Below, piece after piece: positions 40,481-55,859 of a DNA stretch of 64,000 bases (positions are counted from its first letter, which is position 1; every line of letters starts with the position of its first letter). Below the pieces are notes generated by a model, which saw nothing but the letters and a program-made list of their open reading frames with translations, ran no database searches and was not told the DNA's origin. This stretch comes from the human T2T-CHM13v2.0 reference genome, Homo sapiens: NCBI RefSeq assembly GCF_009914755.1, contig NC_060925.1, one strand, 5' to 3'. The translations under genes and the position numbers were made by a program.

Positions 40481-43400
40481 TTAAACACTGAATATAGGTA
40501 AAGCTAAAAGTTATATGTGGGGATATGGGGAAAGAGTGTATGTTGTGGCTTGGAGCAACAAGTAAAAGGATTACATCTTCATCTTCCACATAGTGTGGTT
40601 AAACAGAAAAAAATAAATATTAAAAAAATCAATTATTTTTACATTGTGTATGTAAATATCCAAAGAAGCAGCTAAATTAGTCAAAGTGCTTATCTTTGGG
40701 AAATAATAATGGAAGGAGAAGTAAACCAGAGAACTTTGTTTTTCAAAGTTGACCTTGTAGAACCATTTTTGACTTAAAAAATGGATATATGCTGTTTTGA
40801 TTTTTAAAAATTAATTAAAAAATGATGATCACATTTTGTCTTTAAAAATTTTTGTTTAAAACGTATCCATTTCTTCTCCCCATTTAATATATCTTTTGAC
40901 CATTTAAAGTATAAAAAAAGAATTTGGACTTAATCTAATGAAGAAGTTTGACCCTAACAAAAGAGAGTAATGGGGTTTAAATTTATGCCACTCTACAAAA
41001 AAGAAGTCGAACTCACCCATAGGTAGTGAATTACAGTCCTGTGCTATATCACACAGCCTTGCCATTGATAGCATGGAAATACTTCGAAATACTGCTGTCA
41101 AAATTTGCAAACTGTCAAGATAAATAAGTTCATTCAGATTATTTATATCTGCTGTTTCTCCCCCTAACCTCATACTTAGAAAATTATATATGTCTAGTCC
41201 TTCTCCAACTTGATTTTATGTCTTTTAGCCTAATACATTGGCAAACCAAATGCATGACTCTGACACCGATAATACTAAGAAGGGCTGAAATGAATTGTTA
41301 GAATGAGAGACAGTCACTTTGTTTAGAAGGGAGTGCTCCATGAGCAGTGTGATAACATAGCTCCTTGAAAATCTAGTCAATCACCATTTTATAGTAAAAG
41401 CCTATGAATTTTTGTAGCTTGGTGTCTTATTGTCTCTATTCAGTAGTTGCTTCTAACTTTTCTGGGCATCCCCAGAAAAGTGGAAACCTCCTGTGAATGA
41501 GGCAAATTTAGTAACCTCCAATTAATCAAGCACACTAAGCACATACCACATCTGCAGGAATAAACTAGGTATGGGATTAAAGAGATGTATAGAATTAATT
41601 CTTTGCTTAATGTATTTTGCCATTCTATATTTCTTTTTTTTTTTCAAGAGAGCAAGTCTAAGTCCTCCCTGGAGAATTGTTGAAATAATGCCTAATTTAG
41701 GTAACTAAGCATTTTAAGCCTTTCTACACTTTTATAATATTTGTAATTGAAAAAAACCCAGCACCAATATATAAATAATTAATTTACTTTCGAAATACTG
41801 CTGTCAGAATTATGATGCAAACTCTGCATCACATTTTTGCATACCTTTTAACCCAGGAAATTCACTTCTAGAAATTTATTTTACGAAAATAATAAGAGAT
41901 TGAATTGCATGGGTGTTCATGCAAAATAAAAAAGTAAAATGCTCTAAATGCCCAGCATTAAATATTGATTAAATCAAAACAGTGCATGGATATGGTGGGA
42001 CACTATGCTATCATTAAACATGACATTGTACAAGATTATACATTGACATGAAAAGACACATATAAAGACTTTGTGAAACATGTATAATGTTATTTAAGCT
42101 TTGTTGTGACACTCAAGTTTTTTCTTTCTTTTTAGTTGTTCTTATTACTAGAATGAATGCATTTTCTTAAATATTCACCTTTACAGAAGTGACTACACAA
42201 TTAATGGCTACACACCTCTCCCCACTTATTTCTGCCCAAAGACAACTACTGTTGACATTTTGGTGGATATTCTCCTAGGTTGTTTCATGTATGTCTTTTT
42301 CAAATGTAGGATCACACTAAATGCTTCTGAAGCATACTTTTCTTATTTAAAAAATACAGCAGACAGCTTCTAAGTGTGCACCATGTTCTTTTGTAAACAT
42401 ATGTATTTTAAATATATGCACACACATAAAGAGAGAGAAAGAGGCTGTTTAAGGAGTAATTGTTAAGTGGATATGCATGCAACGACCACCAGTTTAAGAA
42501 GTAATTTCTAGTTCCCCGGAGAATCTTCATGAGAACTTCTGATTTCATATCTGTCTCCTTCTTCTAGAGTAATCCCTCTCTCTCTATGGTAACTATTCCT
42601 TTGCTTTCCTAGATATTAAGTATATGTAAATGTATGTGTAACTCTGTGAATATGTATCTCTGTATAAAATCATTAATTATATATTTTTAATTTTTTCTGT
42701 TCTTGAACTTTATGTAAATGAAATCAAAGGCATATTTTTGTGACTTTATTATTTATTGTGACTTCTTTGTGAGTGATCACTTATGACATTTTAACAATTT
42801 TTTTATGCATGTGGCTGTTACATAGCCACATAATATATGTTTACATAGGTCTTATGTACAAGGGAAGGTTCTAAGCACATTATACAGATTATCTTGTTTT
42901 ATGTCGGGAATAGGTATCATTATTCGTTTCATTTTACAGATTGGGAAACTGAGTTCCAGAAAGGTTAAATAACTTAATGTAGGTCACACAGCTAGTAAGT
43001 GGTGTAGGTTATATTCTATCCTAAGTTGACTGACTTCATAGTCTGTGATCTTAACCATAGTTCCAACCTGCTTTCTGTTACAGATGAGTATGCTACAGAT
43101 GCCTTCTGCTTATTTAGGGTTAATGCTTTCATATATTAAGAATCCCCCAAGACTCAATTTCATAAAGATATTTTAAATTATTATCTTAAAGTTTGATGGT
43201 TTGCCTTCAGTATTTAAGTGCTTTACCTACCTAATATTGATTCCAGTCTATGGTACAAAGCATGGGTTTAACTTAATTTTTTGACATGTTCAATTGTCTC
43301 AACACCTTTTATTAAAAAGCTTATATTTTCCTTATTAATAATATACAATACTAATTCTGTCATATATCAAGTGTCCATTTAATTGCAAATCTGTTTCTAG

Positions 43401-45832
43401 ATCTCTGTTCTGTTCATTTATCTATTTATCTAGTCATGCAACATCCTATATAAAGTTGTTCAGAATAGTCTCTTAATAATTTTAATTTTCTACCAATAGT
43501 GGCATATTCTTTTTTATTCCTGATACTGATTATTTTGGTCTCTCTTTTTGTCGGTCTTATCAGAAATCAGAAGTTTAGCAATTTTGTGTCTTTGCAAAGA
43601 ACCAACTTCTGGCTTTGTTGAATTTCTCTAGTATTATATGTTTGTCTTTTTTTTAATCAATTTCTGCTTTTATCTTTCTTAACTTCATATAATTTCACTA
43701 CTGTTTTTCTAATTTCTTAAGATGGATGCATAGCTTAGCTTATTAATACTTAGCCTTTTTTTTCTAACAGCATTTTAGGCTACACATTTGTAAGTTCTGT
43801 TTTTGGCACATTTAAGTTGTAATATATTTTGTTACTGTTCAGTTTAAAACATTTTTACTTCTACTAGAAATTCTTTTTGGACCCATAAATTATTTAGAAG
43901 TAGGTTTCCAACTTTACAAACTTAGTGTTTTTAAATTACCTTGATATTGATTTTTAAGTTAGTTGTACTGTAAGCAAAGAACTTTGTCATTAGTTTTCCA
44001 GTATTTGAAATGCATTGAGTGCTGCTGTAAGGGCCAATATTTAGTCAATTTTGTGAATGTTCCCTTCATTCTTGAAGTGAATATGCATTCTGCAGTTGTT
44101 TGCTACACAGCTTATAGGTACAAATTTGATCAAGGTCTTAATTGTGTCCTTCATGTCTTTCATATCTTTATTGTTTCTTGTTGGCTTTATCAATTTTGTG
44201 TTAAAAATTTTTCACCATGATTGTAGATCTTGCTGTTTATTGTTGTAGTTCTATAAGGTTTTGCCTAATATATTTTGATGCTATGTGTTATTGATATAAA
44301 ATTTAACATGGTTTATAGTTTCCCAGGGTGAATTAATGAATACATTACAATAGATTGAACTTCTCTATCTCTAGCAATGGTTTACTTTACTCATGAAGTC
44401 CAATTTTTCCCTTATCAATTTAATAATATGTGACTTTATTGCTTAGAATTTATTGGACCTATCTTTTTCTATACTGTTATTTTAAGACTTCATAACTGTT
44501 TTACTTTAAAGGCATTTTGTAAATGGCATATAATTGAATTTTATTCTACCCTAGACAGATATTCTTTTGCCTGAAAGATTAATTCACTTTTATTAGATAT
44601 TATTACTTACATATTTGGAGTTGAATCTACCAACGTATTTTGTATTTCCATTTGCTCCATCTTGTCTTACGTCAAATATTAAGTGCCTGTATATGTGATG
44701 ATCTGTTTCTAGACTCTATATTAACCTACTGTTCTATTTGTTTGTTGTATGTGAGTACCACTGTGTTTTCCTTGCTGAAGCTTTACAATGAGTTTTGACA
44801 TCCAAGCATATGAATGTAATAATCTTCTTCTTTAAGATTTTCTTTGTTACTTTTTCGCTTTTTACATTTTATTATATATTAAAATCAGATTGGTAATTCT
44901 GTGATTTTTGATAGAACTATTTTTTAAATTTAAATTAAAATTTTCATTTGTTTCTTGTTGCTAATGAATAAAAATATAATTTTTGTACACTGGCCTTGTT
45001 TCTAGTGATTTTGTTTAATTCACATTTTAATGATTTATATTTACCATGGGAATGATTCGATTGCAAATAGATTCTTCTGTCCTTAGTTTTCTATTTCTTT
45101 TTCTTTCCTTATTTCATTGGCACTCTAGAACAATGTCAAACAGAAATGGTGACAAAGAATAGACCTGTTTTATTCCTGATTTTAGGGATAAAATTATATT
45201 TCAGCATTAGCTATAGAGTTTCTATAATTTTGTGATTATTTTCTAAGTATGTATAGACATTTTTATCACATTAAGAATTTTTTCCTTCTATTGTTTGCTA
45301 AGAATTTAGTCCACAATTACTATTAACATTAAAATGTTATCAAATATTTTCTCATCTATTGAGATCATTATGTAATTTTCTTCTATTATTTCATTAATAT
45401 GCTAATTTACATTGGTTTTGAATGCCAAATTAATTTTGGATTCCTAACATAAGTTGCACTTTTTCTGACATGTCATTTTTATACTCGTTGAATTCAGATT
45501 GTTGATGTTTTTATTTTTTAATTTACAAATAAAAATTATATATATTTATGGTGTACAACATGATGTTTTGATAGATTCTTGATATTTTCTTTAGAATTTT
45601 TGCAACTGTATTTGAAAGACATTGTCCTATAATTTATTTTCTCATAATGTTAGAAAACCCTGGCCTCATAGAACAAATTAGAAAGTTCTATTCTTTGGAA
45701 AAGTTTGTGAAGATTTATGTTATTTCCTCCATAAATATTTAATAACATTATCTAGTAAATTTATCTAGGATATGTGTTTTCTTTCTGGAAATGTGTTCAA
45801 ATTATGAATTTGATATTTTCAGAAGATATGGA

Positions 45833-46022
45833 TAGTGGTTTGTGGGAATCTGTTGATACTGACACTGGCTCAGGGTGCATTTTGCACACCTCTTTCTAAC
45901 TCTCTCCTCAGTGATGTCATGCAAGTAGCTTAAAATTAGCCATTGTGGAAATATTTACAACACAAAAATCAAAAAAAGTGTGGCTTATTTTTTGAGAGCT
46001 GAAGGAAAACTTAAATGTTTTC
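45833..46022 (+). mobile_element. MER63-like hAT element
   Basis: cagtgatgtcatgcaagtagcttaaaattagccattgtggaaatatttacaacac resembles recalled MER63 core. Confidence 0.6.
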
Positions 46023-47412
46023 ACTTCTTCCTATGTTCATTTTTTAAAGTTGTGATTTCCAAGGCATTTGATTATTTCACCCAAATCTCCAAATTTATTG
46101 GCATAAATTTGATCATAAGTGCTTCATTATATTTAATGATCTGCAATAATGATCTTTTTCATTACTAATATTATGTATTTGTTCCTTCTCAATATTTTTC
46201 CTCAGGTATCTGGTCAGAAATTTTTCAATTTGTAATTATTGTTTGTTTGAAAACCTTTTGTGCTTTTGTTATCTTCTCTATTTTTTTTACTCAATTTCAT
46301 TGTTTTCTTCTTTTTAACTGTTTCTTTTAGTTTTCTGGGGAAAATATAACTTGGAATTTTTTCTAACTTCTTAAGATGAATTATTAGATTATTTATTTTC
46401 ATCCTTTTTTTATTGTTTAATATTTACATTTAAGACTATAGTTTTTCATTTAAATACAGGGTTAGTGGTATACCTGAATTTTTATATATTTACACACTCA
46501 TTCACTTCAAATATTTTCAGATTTCCATTATTATTTGTCTCATGGGTCATTTATTTTTTCATTGCTAAATTTTCAAACATTTTGACAGTTACTAATTTTT
46601 TTTTACTTTGATTTGCAGTATAATTGCATTATGCTCAGAAATTATAGTTTGTATTATTGCAATGTTTCAAAATTTGGTGAGGCTTGCTTTATGACCAAGC
46701 ATATGGTGGATTTTGGCAAATGTTCTCTGCATACATGAAAAATATGTCCATTCTTCAGTTCCTGCTTTAGTTCCCACTTAGGTAATTTTTGTCAATCACA
46801 TTTTAAAAATTGTCTGTATACTTACTGTTTTACGCATTTGTTCTATCAGTTAATAAAAGAGTTGCTTTAAACTCTCCCACTATAATCATGGATATCTATT
46901 TTTTACTTCTATTTCTCAATATTCAAATTATATATTTTAAGCCTATAGTAATAAAATGCCTGTTGATTTAGAATTGCTATATTTTCTTGATTAAATGGCT
47001 CCTTTTAAATTATAAAATGTCCCTTTTCATCTTTAGTAATTCTCTTCACCTGAATTTCTACTTTATCTTTTAGCAATATCACTATGCCAGCTTTCTTTTG
47101 AATAGTGTTTGCATGACATTTTTCTTTTGATCCTTTTATGTTCAAACTTTTTGCATCTTTATATTTAATTGTGTCTCTTGTAAGAAATATTCGTATTTTA
47201 AAATTTGAGACTAATAATATTCCGTCTGTTTATTTAATATTTAATTTATTGGATATATTTGAATTCAAGTATATTGTTTTATTACTTGATTTTGTTGCTC
47301 CACCTATTGTTTTTGTTCATTTTCTGTCTTCTTTTAAGTTAAGTATTTTTACTGGTCTCTGAGTGGTCACCTTAGAGATTATACTGTGCATTCTTTACTC
47401 ATTATAAATTTG

Positions 47413-47723
<311 letters not shown>

Positions 47724-48692
47724 TCATTAAAGTATAATTAAATTTGCTACTTCCCAAACAGTGAAAGAGCTTTAGGATACTTTAAAGTATACCTCTCACT
47801 TTCTTTTATTCTATTTTTGTCATATATTACCTTTTTGTGTATTTATTTAAAATGCTATGTCATAATTATTATTTTTAATATAGACTATTTATTTAGCTTT
47901 AAACATATATTTACCCTTTCCATAGCTATTTGTTCCATTCTGTGTGTCTGTTATTCTCTCTGGAGTCATGTTGTTCCTGCTTGAAGAATTTCCTTTAACA
48001 TGTTCTTGAATATTTCCTTTAATGCACATATACTGGGGGTGTATTTTCTGGTTTTGCTTGTTAGAAAAAAAAATGACTTATTCACTATCAATTTTGAAGG
48101 ATATTTTTAGTGGTTACTGAATTCCGGTTGGACAGGAGTTTGGTCTTGCTTGGTTTTGTTTTCATACTTTAAAGACACAATTCCATTATTTGTGTCAAGC
48201 AACCAATCATCAATTTTACTGTTGCTTATTTGATAGTATTGTGTCTTTTAAAAAATCTTGCTATTTTAAATTTTTTTCCGTTGGTGTTATCAGTTTTACC
48301 ATGATATTCCCAGTGATGATTTTCTTTTTATTTGGAATCCTTCAGATTTGTAGTATTAATTGAATATGTGGCTTCATGTATTTCTTCATTTGAGAAAATC
48401 CCTCAGGCATTTCTTCATTTCTTCATTTGAGAAAATATCTCAGGCATTATCTCTTAAAATATTGCTTTATGTGCCATTCTCTCTTTCCTTTCCTCTTGGG
48501 ACTTGATTTTTTTTTAATTTTAGAAATTTTTTACACTAATATAATACCTTCCCTGTGTTTTCTTTTTCTCTTTGTCTCTGTACTTCAACATAGATCAACA
48601 CCATACAGTAGAAGTTTCTGTGATGGTGGAAATTCTGCGCTGCTCATTTGGTTACTGTAGTCACATGTTGAATACTTCAAATGTAGCTAGTG

Positions 48693-48928
48693 TGTTATGG
48701 GCTGAACACTGGTATTCCCCCTGATATTCGTATGTTGAAACACGAATCCCCCTTGGGATCATATTTGGTGGTGGGACTTTTGGGAGACCGTAAGATCATA
48801 GTAGTGGAGCCCTCATGATGGAATTAAGAAGAGGTAAGAGAGAGCTTGCTTCTTCTCTCTCTTGGCCATGTGAGGAAACCAGGATGAGGGCTCTCACCAG
48901 AACCTATCCATGCTTGGCATCTTGTCCA
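48693..48928 (+). mobile_element. MLT1A-like LTR fragment following a MER3-like fragment
   Basis: tgttatgggctgaac...atattcgtatgttgaaac...ggagccctcatgatggaatta. Confidence 0.65.
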
Positions 48929-48933
48929 GTGTG

Positions 48934-48978
<45 letters not shown>
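48929..48978. repeat. (GT)n microsatellite
   Basis: About 25 GT units with one GC interruption. Confidence 0.95.
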
Positions 48979-48981
<3 letters not shown>

Positions 48982-51900
48982 AATATAATATTTTCTTTAT
49001 CCATTCACCTGTCAATGGACATTTCAGTTGTTTCCATATCTTGACTACTGTGAATAATGTGCAATGAGCATGGGGGATACAGATATCTCTTCAAATACTG
49101 ATTTCATTTATTTTCATTTGGGTTTTCTCATAGCATGTCAGGGTAGTCGTATTTCTTATAAGGTGCCTCTGGTCTATAATTTTTTGTATTTCAACAAATA
49201 AATAAAAGCTACATGGCCTTTTATGACCTAGCCTTGAAAGTCACATAGCATCACTTTTATTGTACTCTATGGTTAAAACAATCATAAACCCATCCAGTTT
49301 CAGAGGGAGGAGAAACTGACTCAACTTCTCAATTGGAGAGTTTCAAAGAAGTTGTCACTATTTTTTTTAGCCTCCAAAGTCTGTTATTTGACTATAATTT
49401 ATTTACTTTAATCCCATATGCAAAATACATTCTCCTCTTCAGTTTCCCTCCCAAAATCTCATTCCATTACCACACTATGCTCAGATTTCAGGATCTCATC
49501 AAATAAGTCAGGTCTAAGTGTGAATGAGGATCCACAGTTTACTTCCTCCACTATGGTTGATCTCATTCTGAATACTAACTAAAGATATCATTTATTTGCC
49601 TCTCATATACTCAGCATACAATAGTAGAGTAGGCATAGATATACTTATTCAAAAAGTAAAAATTAGAGGCACACAACATGTAACCTGATACTGAGTTTGA
49701 GTATCTTCTTCTCAAAGACTCAAACACTGCAACATAGTCAGGTAGTGTAAATAGTAATGAATGATTGCAGTAAAGTTGTAAGAGCTCTTGGTTACTTATA
49801 TGAATATATAGGTAAGCATTTTAAAATAAAGAATTGTCATTTGTGTATGTCCGATTTAAGTATAAATGTTTGCACAACTGCAAATTGATAATTGAAATTT
49901 TTATCATGATATAAAAATTACACTGATCTTTTGGTCACTCAAATTTGAGAGTTAAATCATCCAAATTTTGAGCTATCATAAATCTGCAATAGACTTTGTC
50001 CCAGGTATCTGGTTAAATCATCTTCTGCTGTAGGTTTTTCTCCTTTTCAATCCTCAAATCATAATAACTTTATACTTAATAAGTTTGGACGATGAAAACT
50101 GAGGCCTCTTTCACACATACTATATATAATATACTTCCCTGCCTTATGCGGGAGTTGCATCACGGAATAATATTGTGAGGATAAGAGACATGTAGACATC
50201 TCATGGCTAATAAATTTTCAACAAATATTTTAGTTGTTTTAATTTTAATTCTGAAGGAATCAGAAAGTGTCCATTTTGGTTTATAAAAAAGCATCAATGT
50301 ATCTTCTAAAAGTGCCATAAATAAGATACCAGTTGGCAGATTTATTGTTGATCTATGTTTAATTTAAACTTGTTTTTGGAATATAGGAAACACGGTGAAA
50401 GGAAACTGACAGCTTTGAAAAGATATATCATCTGAAACTCTATACTACATCACTCATTTTAAATTAAGACTTGATATTCTTCCTGAATTATATTAGAGGT
50501 GGAAAGAGACAGAGTGAGGTTTTGTTCTTCAGAGTGGGAAAAACAGAAATTAAAAACCTCCTGAATCATTGATTTCATGAAATATGTCAAATTATTTGCC
50601 ACTGTAAATGTAGCAGCCTCTACCCTGAAGCGTGCTGATTGGTGACAAATATATGTGTTTAACTGCTTATGGTTACTGGCTTTTGCATCTTTGTGACAGA
50701 ACATTGAAGTTTATTTTTTGTTTAGAGAATTTACCAGTATACATGAGTGTAATCCTGTTTATCTTGCTATTTTAAATACGTTGTTAGTGTAAGCGTAACA
50801 TTTTGCAAACATATATCAAATAAGTAGATTAGAATCTTGAAAGACTTTTTTTGATACAGTAAATTTCCATGCCAACAGTATATCATTGGCTGAACTATTG
50901 TGAAATAAATGTAGCACAGATGAAGCCACCTATCTTTGAAAACAACCTGTATTGAGCGTTTTCAGTATGCCAGGTATTTTCTAAGCACTTTACATTGATT
51001 ATCTCTTTATATTATCATAACTGCAAAGATAGGTGGTATTATTATCTTCATTATAAACATGAGGAAACTAAGTCACCCTATTGAATGTGAGAATATTCAA
51101 GGTGAAGGAAACAGCATAAATAAATTCACAGAGGCAAGAAGCATCATGGTATATGTAGAAAAATACTAGCAGTTTTATGTGGCTGGACCTTGAAGTTTAA
51201 CATAACAGGGTTTGGAGAGGATGCTGAAGAGACAGGCAGTGGCTCTTTTATGAAGATATTTGTATGTTATCTTCTAGAGCAATAAGCCAATATTTGCTAC
51301 ATTGTATTAGCTAAATTATTAGTTTATATTTACATATCAACAAATACATACTGTTAAAGATGTACTAAATGGCATATTCATTAAAATTTCATTCATTTTT
51401 GTTCATATTCAAGAAGTTTTCAAAACTTTCTAGCTAATTTTATAACTTAGAATCCTATATATTTGCGTCTACCTTGAATTCACTCTTTTGGCTTTAGAAT
51501 TATCTTCTTTCTTTATCACTTTTGTGGCAGGATTAAATGGCATTTGTCATAATTTTCAAGAAGCAGAAATCTAAGCAACACACTGGACATTTAGGGACAT
51601 AGTAAGAATGAGAAAATACTTCTGAAAAGACTTTTACTTGGCCAGAGATGCATTAGATCAAGTTTATGGACCACACGATTTGTTTTTCTGTGAGAAAAAA
51701 TGACTTTAAACAGACACCTACATATGTGCTCACATAGTCATATATTTTACAGTCTATTTAAGTCATTGTATCAGAATCTCGCTTTCTAAGGGTTTTCTTT
51801 CAACATAAACATAATTTTTAGGGTTTTATTTAAATATAACTAAGATATATGTTATTACTGACACTGATGGGAAACTCCCTGAATGGAATTACAGAATTAT

Positions 51901-52532
51901 CATTTTGATGTTAGAAGATCGAAGCAAATAAATGATTTACTAGAGGACAAAGTGAAAGGCAGAAGAGAGCCTAGAGAGCAATATAAAATGCAAAGATCTT
52001 AAGCCTAAAGCTTTGGAGCTCAGAGTTTAGTAAAGACCATTCTCCCACTAAAATGTTGAAATAGGATTGAGCAGAATTATTCACAATTCCTGTCCCAGTT
52101 TGTAGCTTGTACATCTATTTCATTGTATTTCGTGCATAGACACCAGTTATGAGGCAGTACACTGACTGGTTAAAAGTGTAGGTATGCTCTGGAGGCAAAC
52201 AAATTTAAATTTAAATGCCAGTTTTGTTGTTTGCTATCTGGCTAGCCTTGGGTGGGGATGAGGTGCTTACTTTATCAAACTCTACATTTCTTTCTCTCTA
52301 ACATAATCATAATAACAGGATTGACTTGTTATGTTGTTTTGGGGGAAATGTAACTAAAGAGCCTAGAACCATGACTGATACTGATCTACGAGGTTCTATC
52401 TCCTTAATTAAGCATAAATATGTCAATAAAGTGTGAATGTGCATTTCTATGGAGAGATATGCAAGATTTATCTTAAGGATATGACTATGTATAAAATACA
52501 TACACATATTTCTCTCTTATATGTGTTAGTTA

Positions 52533-52859
<327 letters not shown>

Positions 52860-54611
52860 TTAAGAATGACCCAGACAATCCTAGAAAAGGTAAAAACAGA
52901 AAAAAGATCAATAGCTATCACATCAAATAGTTACATGGAGAGTAGGAATAACTGAAGAATTTAACTTTATAGATTAGTCACAAGTCCCCTAAAAAAGACT
53001 TGATTGCAGAGAATTGATCCATTGTGTCCTGGGAGATATGGCTTCTCAGTGACCCTAATGTAACAGAGCAGCTAACCAAAATCTATGTTCTTTTCTTCCT
53101 CCTGGACATTCAGGAAGACTGAATTTTCCTGTCCCACTCACAGTTTGAGGTGGCCTTGCAACTGAATACTCAATGAAGGAGGGGTGCACTATTTCCAGGT
53201 GTGGCCTTCAATAACCATACTTGCTTTTCCATGCTATTTCTCCTGTGGTTGACTAGAATAAAACTATCTGTCAGAGGAACCTTGGAAACATTTTAGTAAA
53301 GACAGCAGTGACTTCTAAATGACTATGTGGAGGAGAGCCAACATGCCAACCTATTTACCAAGTGCCTATTGGTAAATGTGCAAGAAATGAACTTCCATAG
53401 CATACCTTGTTTCACTGCACTTTGCTGTATTGTGCTTTACAGATGTTGCATTTTTATAAATTGAAGGTTAGTGGCAGCTCTGCATCAGTCCAGTCTGTCG
53501 GCATCATATTTCTAAAAGCCTGTACTCATTTCATGTCCCTGTGTCACATTTTGATAATTCCCACAATATTTCAAACTTTGTCAATATTATATCTGTGATG
53601 GTGATGTGTTGCAATTGTTTTGGGGAGCCATAAACAGTGCCCAGACAAAACGGTGAACTTAATACAAATTTTATGTATTCAGACTAATCCACTGACAGGC
53701 CATTTTCCCATCTCTCTTTCTCTCCTTGGGCCTACCTATTCCCTGAGACACAATAATATTGAAATCATGTTAATTAATAACTCTACAATGGCTTCTAAGT
53801 GTTCAAGTGAAAGGAAAAATCACATGTCTCTCACTTTAAATCAAAAGCTAGAATAATTAAGGTCAGTGAGAAAGATATGTCAAAAGCTGAGATAGGCCAA
53901 AAGGTAGGCCTCTTATGCCAAACAGCCAAGTTGTGAATGCAAAGGAAAAATTCTTGAGGAAAATTGAAAGTGTTATTCCAGTGCACATATGAATGATAAG
54001 AAAGCCAAACAGCCTTATTGCTGATACGGAGGAAGTTTTAGCAATATGGATAGAAAGTCGAACTAGTCACAACATTACTTTAAGCCAAAGTTTAATACAC
54101 AGCAAGGCCCTAACTCTTTTCAATTCTATGAAGGATGAGAGAGATGAGGAAATGCATAAGAAAAGTTTGAAGTTAGCTGAGGTTGGTTCATGAAATTTAA
54201 GGAAAGAAGCTATTTCCATAACAAAAGTGCAAGGTGAAGCAACAAGTGCTGATGTAAACACTGAAGCAAATTATATTGAAGACCTGGTTAAGATAAGTGA
54301 TGAAGGTGGCTACACTAAAAACAATTTTTAATGTAGATGAAACAGTCTTATATTGGAATAAGATGCCATCCAGGACTTTCAGGCTAGAAAGGAGCAGTCA
54401 ATGCCTGGATTCAAAGCTTCAGAGGACAGGCTGATTCTCTTGTCAGCAACTAATGCAGCAGGTGACTTTACCTAGAAGTGAATGCTCATTTACTATTCTG
54501 AAAATCTTAAGTCACTTAAGAAGTGTGCTAAATCCACTTTGCCCATGCTCTATGAATGGAACAACAATGCCTGGATGACAGCCCATCTGTTTACAGCATG
54601 GTATACTGAAT

Positions 54612-54888
54612 TATTATTATTATTATTTTTATTTTGATATGGAGTTTCACTCTTCTGCCCAAGCTGGAGTGAAGTGGCATGATCTTGGCTCACTGCAACC
54701 TCCACCCCCAGGTTCAAGTGATTCTCCTGCCACCTGCCACCATGCCCAGATATTTTTTTTCTATTTTTAGTAGAGACAGGGTTTCGCTATGTTGGCCAGG
54801 CTGGTCTCTAACTCCTGACCTCATGTGATCTGCCCGCCTTGGTCTCCCAAAGTGCTGGGATTACAGGCATGAGCCACTGTGCTCAGCC
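54612..54888 (-). mobile_element. AluS with ~30-bp internal deletion, inside Tigger1
   Basis: TSD ggtatactgaat at 54600-54611 and 54889-54900; (ATT)n tail; attctcctgc|cacctgcc deletion junction. Confidence 0.9.
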
Positions 54889-55859
54889 GGTATACTGAAT
54901 ATTTTAAGCCCACTGTTGAGACCCACTACTCAGGGAAAAAAAATTCAATTCAAAATATTACTGCTCATTGGCAACATATCTGGTCACCTAAGAGCTCTGA
55001 TGGAGACGTACAAGAAGGAGATGAATGTTGCTTTCCTGCCTGCAAAAACAATATCCATTCTGTAGCCCATGGACCAAGGAATAATTTCAACTTTCAAGTT
55101 TCATTATTTAAGAAATACATTTTGTAAGATTATAGCTGCCATAGATAGTGATTCCTCTGATGGATCTGGGCCAAGGAAATTGAAAATCTTCTGGAATGGG
55201 TTCACCATTCTAGATGCCAGTAAGATCATTTGCCATTCATGGGAGGAGGTCAAAATACCTACAGTAACAGGAGTTTGGCAGAAGTTGATTCCAGCCCTCA
55301 AGGATGACTTTGAGGGATTTAAGACTTCAGTGGAAGAAGTAACTACAGATGCAGTGGAAAGAGAAAAACTAAAATTACAAATGAAGCCTGAAGATATGAT
55401 TGAATTGCCAGACTCTCATGACAAAACTTGATTGGATGAGGAATTCTTCTTATGGATGAACAAAGAAAGTGGTTTCCTAAGATAAAATCTACTCCTGGTG
55501 AAGATACTGTGAACAATGCTGAATTGACAAGAGATTCAAAACATTTCTTCAACTTAGTTGATAAAATAGTGGAAGTGCTTGAGAGAATTGACCCAAATTT
55601 TGAAAGAAGTTCTACTGTGAGTAAAATGCTATTGAACATCGTTTGCTACAGAGAAATCTTTCATGAAAGAAAGAGTCAATCAATGTGGCAAACCTTAACA
55701 TTGTCTTATTTTAAGAAGTTTCCAAAGCCATTCCAATCTTCAGCAACACCCACATCAGCAGCCATCAACATCAAGGCAGGATCTTATAGGCAAAATGACT
55801 ACAACTCACTGAATACTAGGATGATGGTTAGCATTTTTAAATTTTTTAGCAATAAAGTG

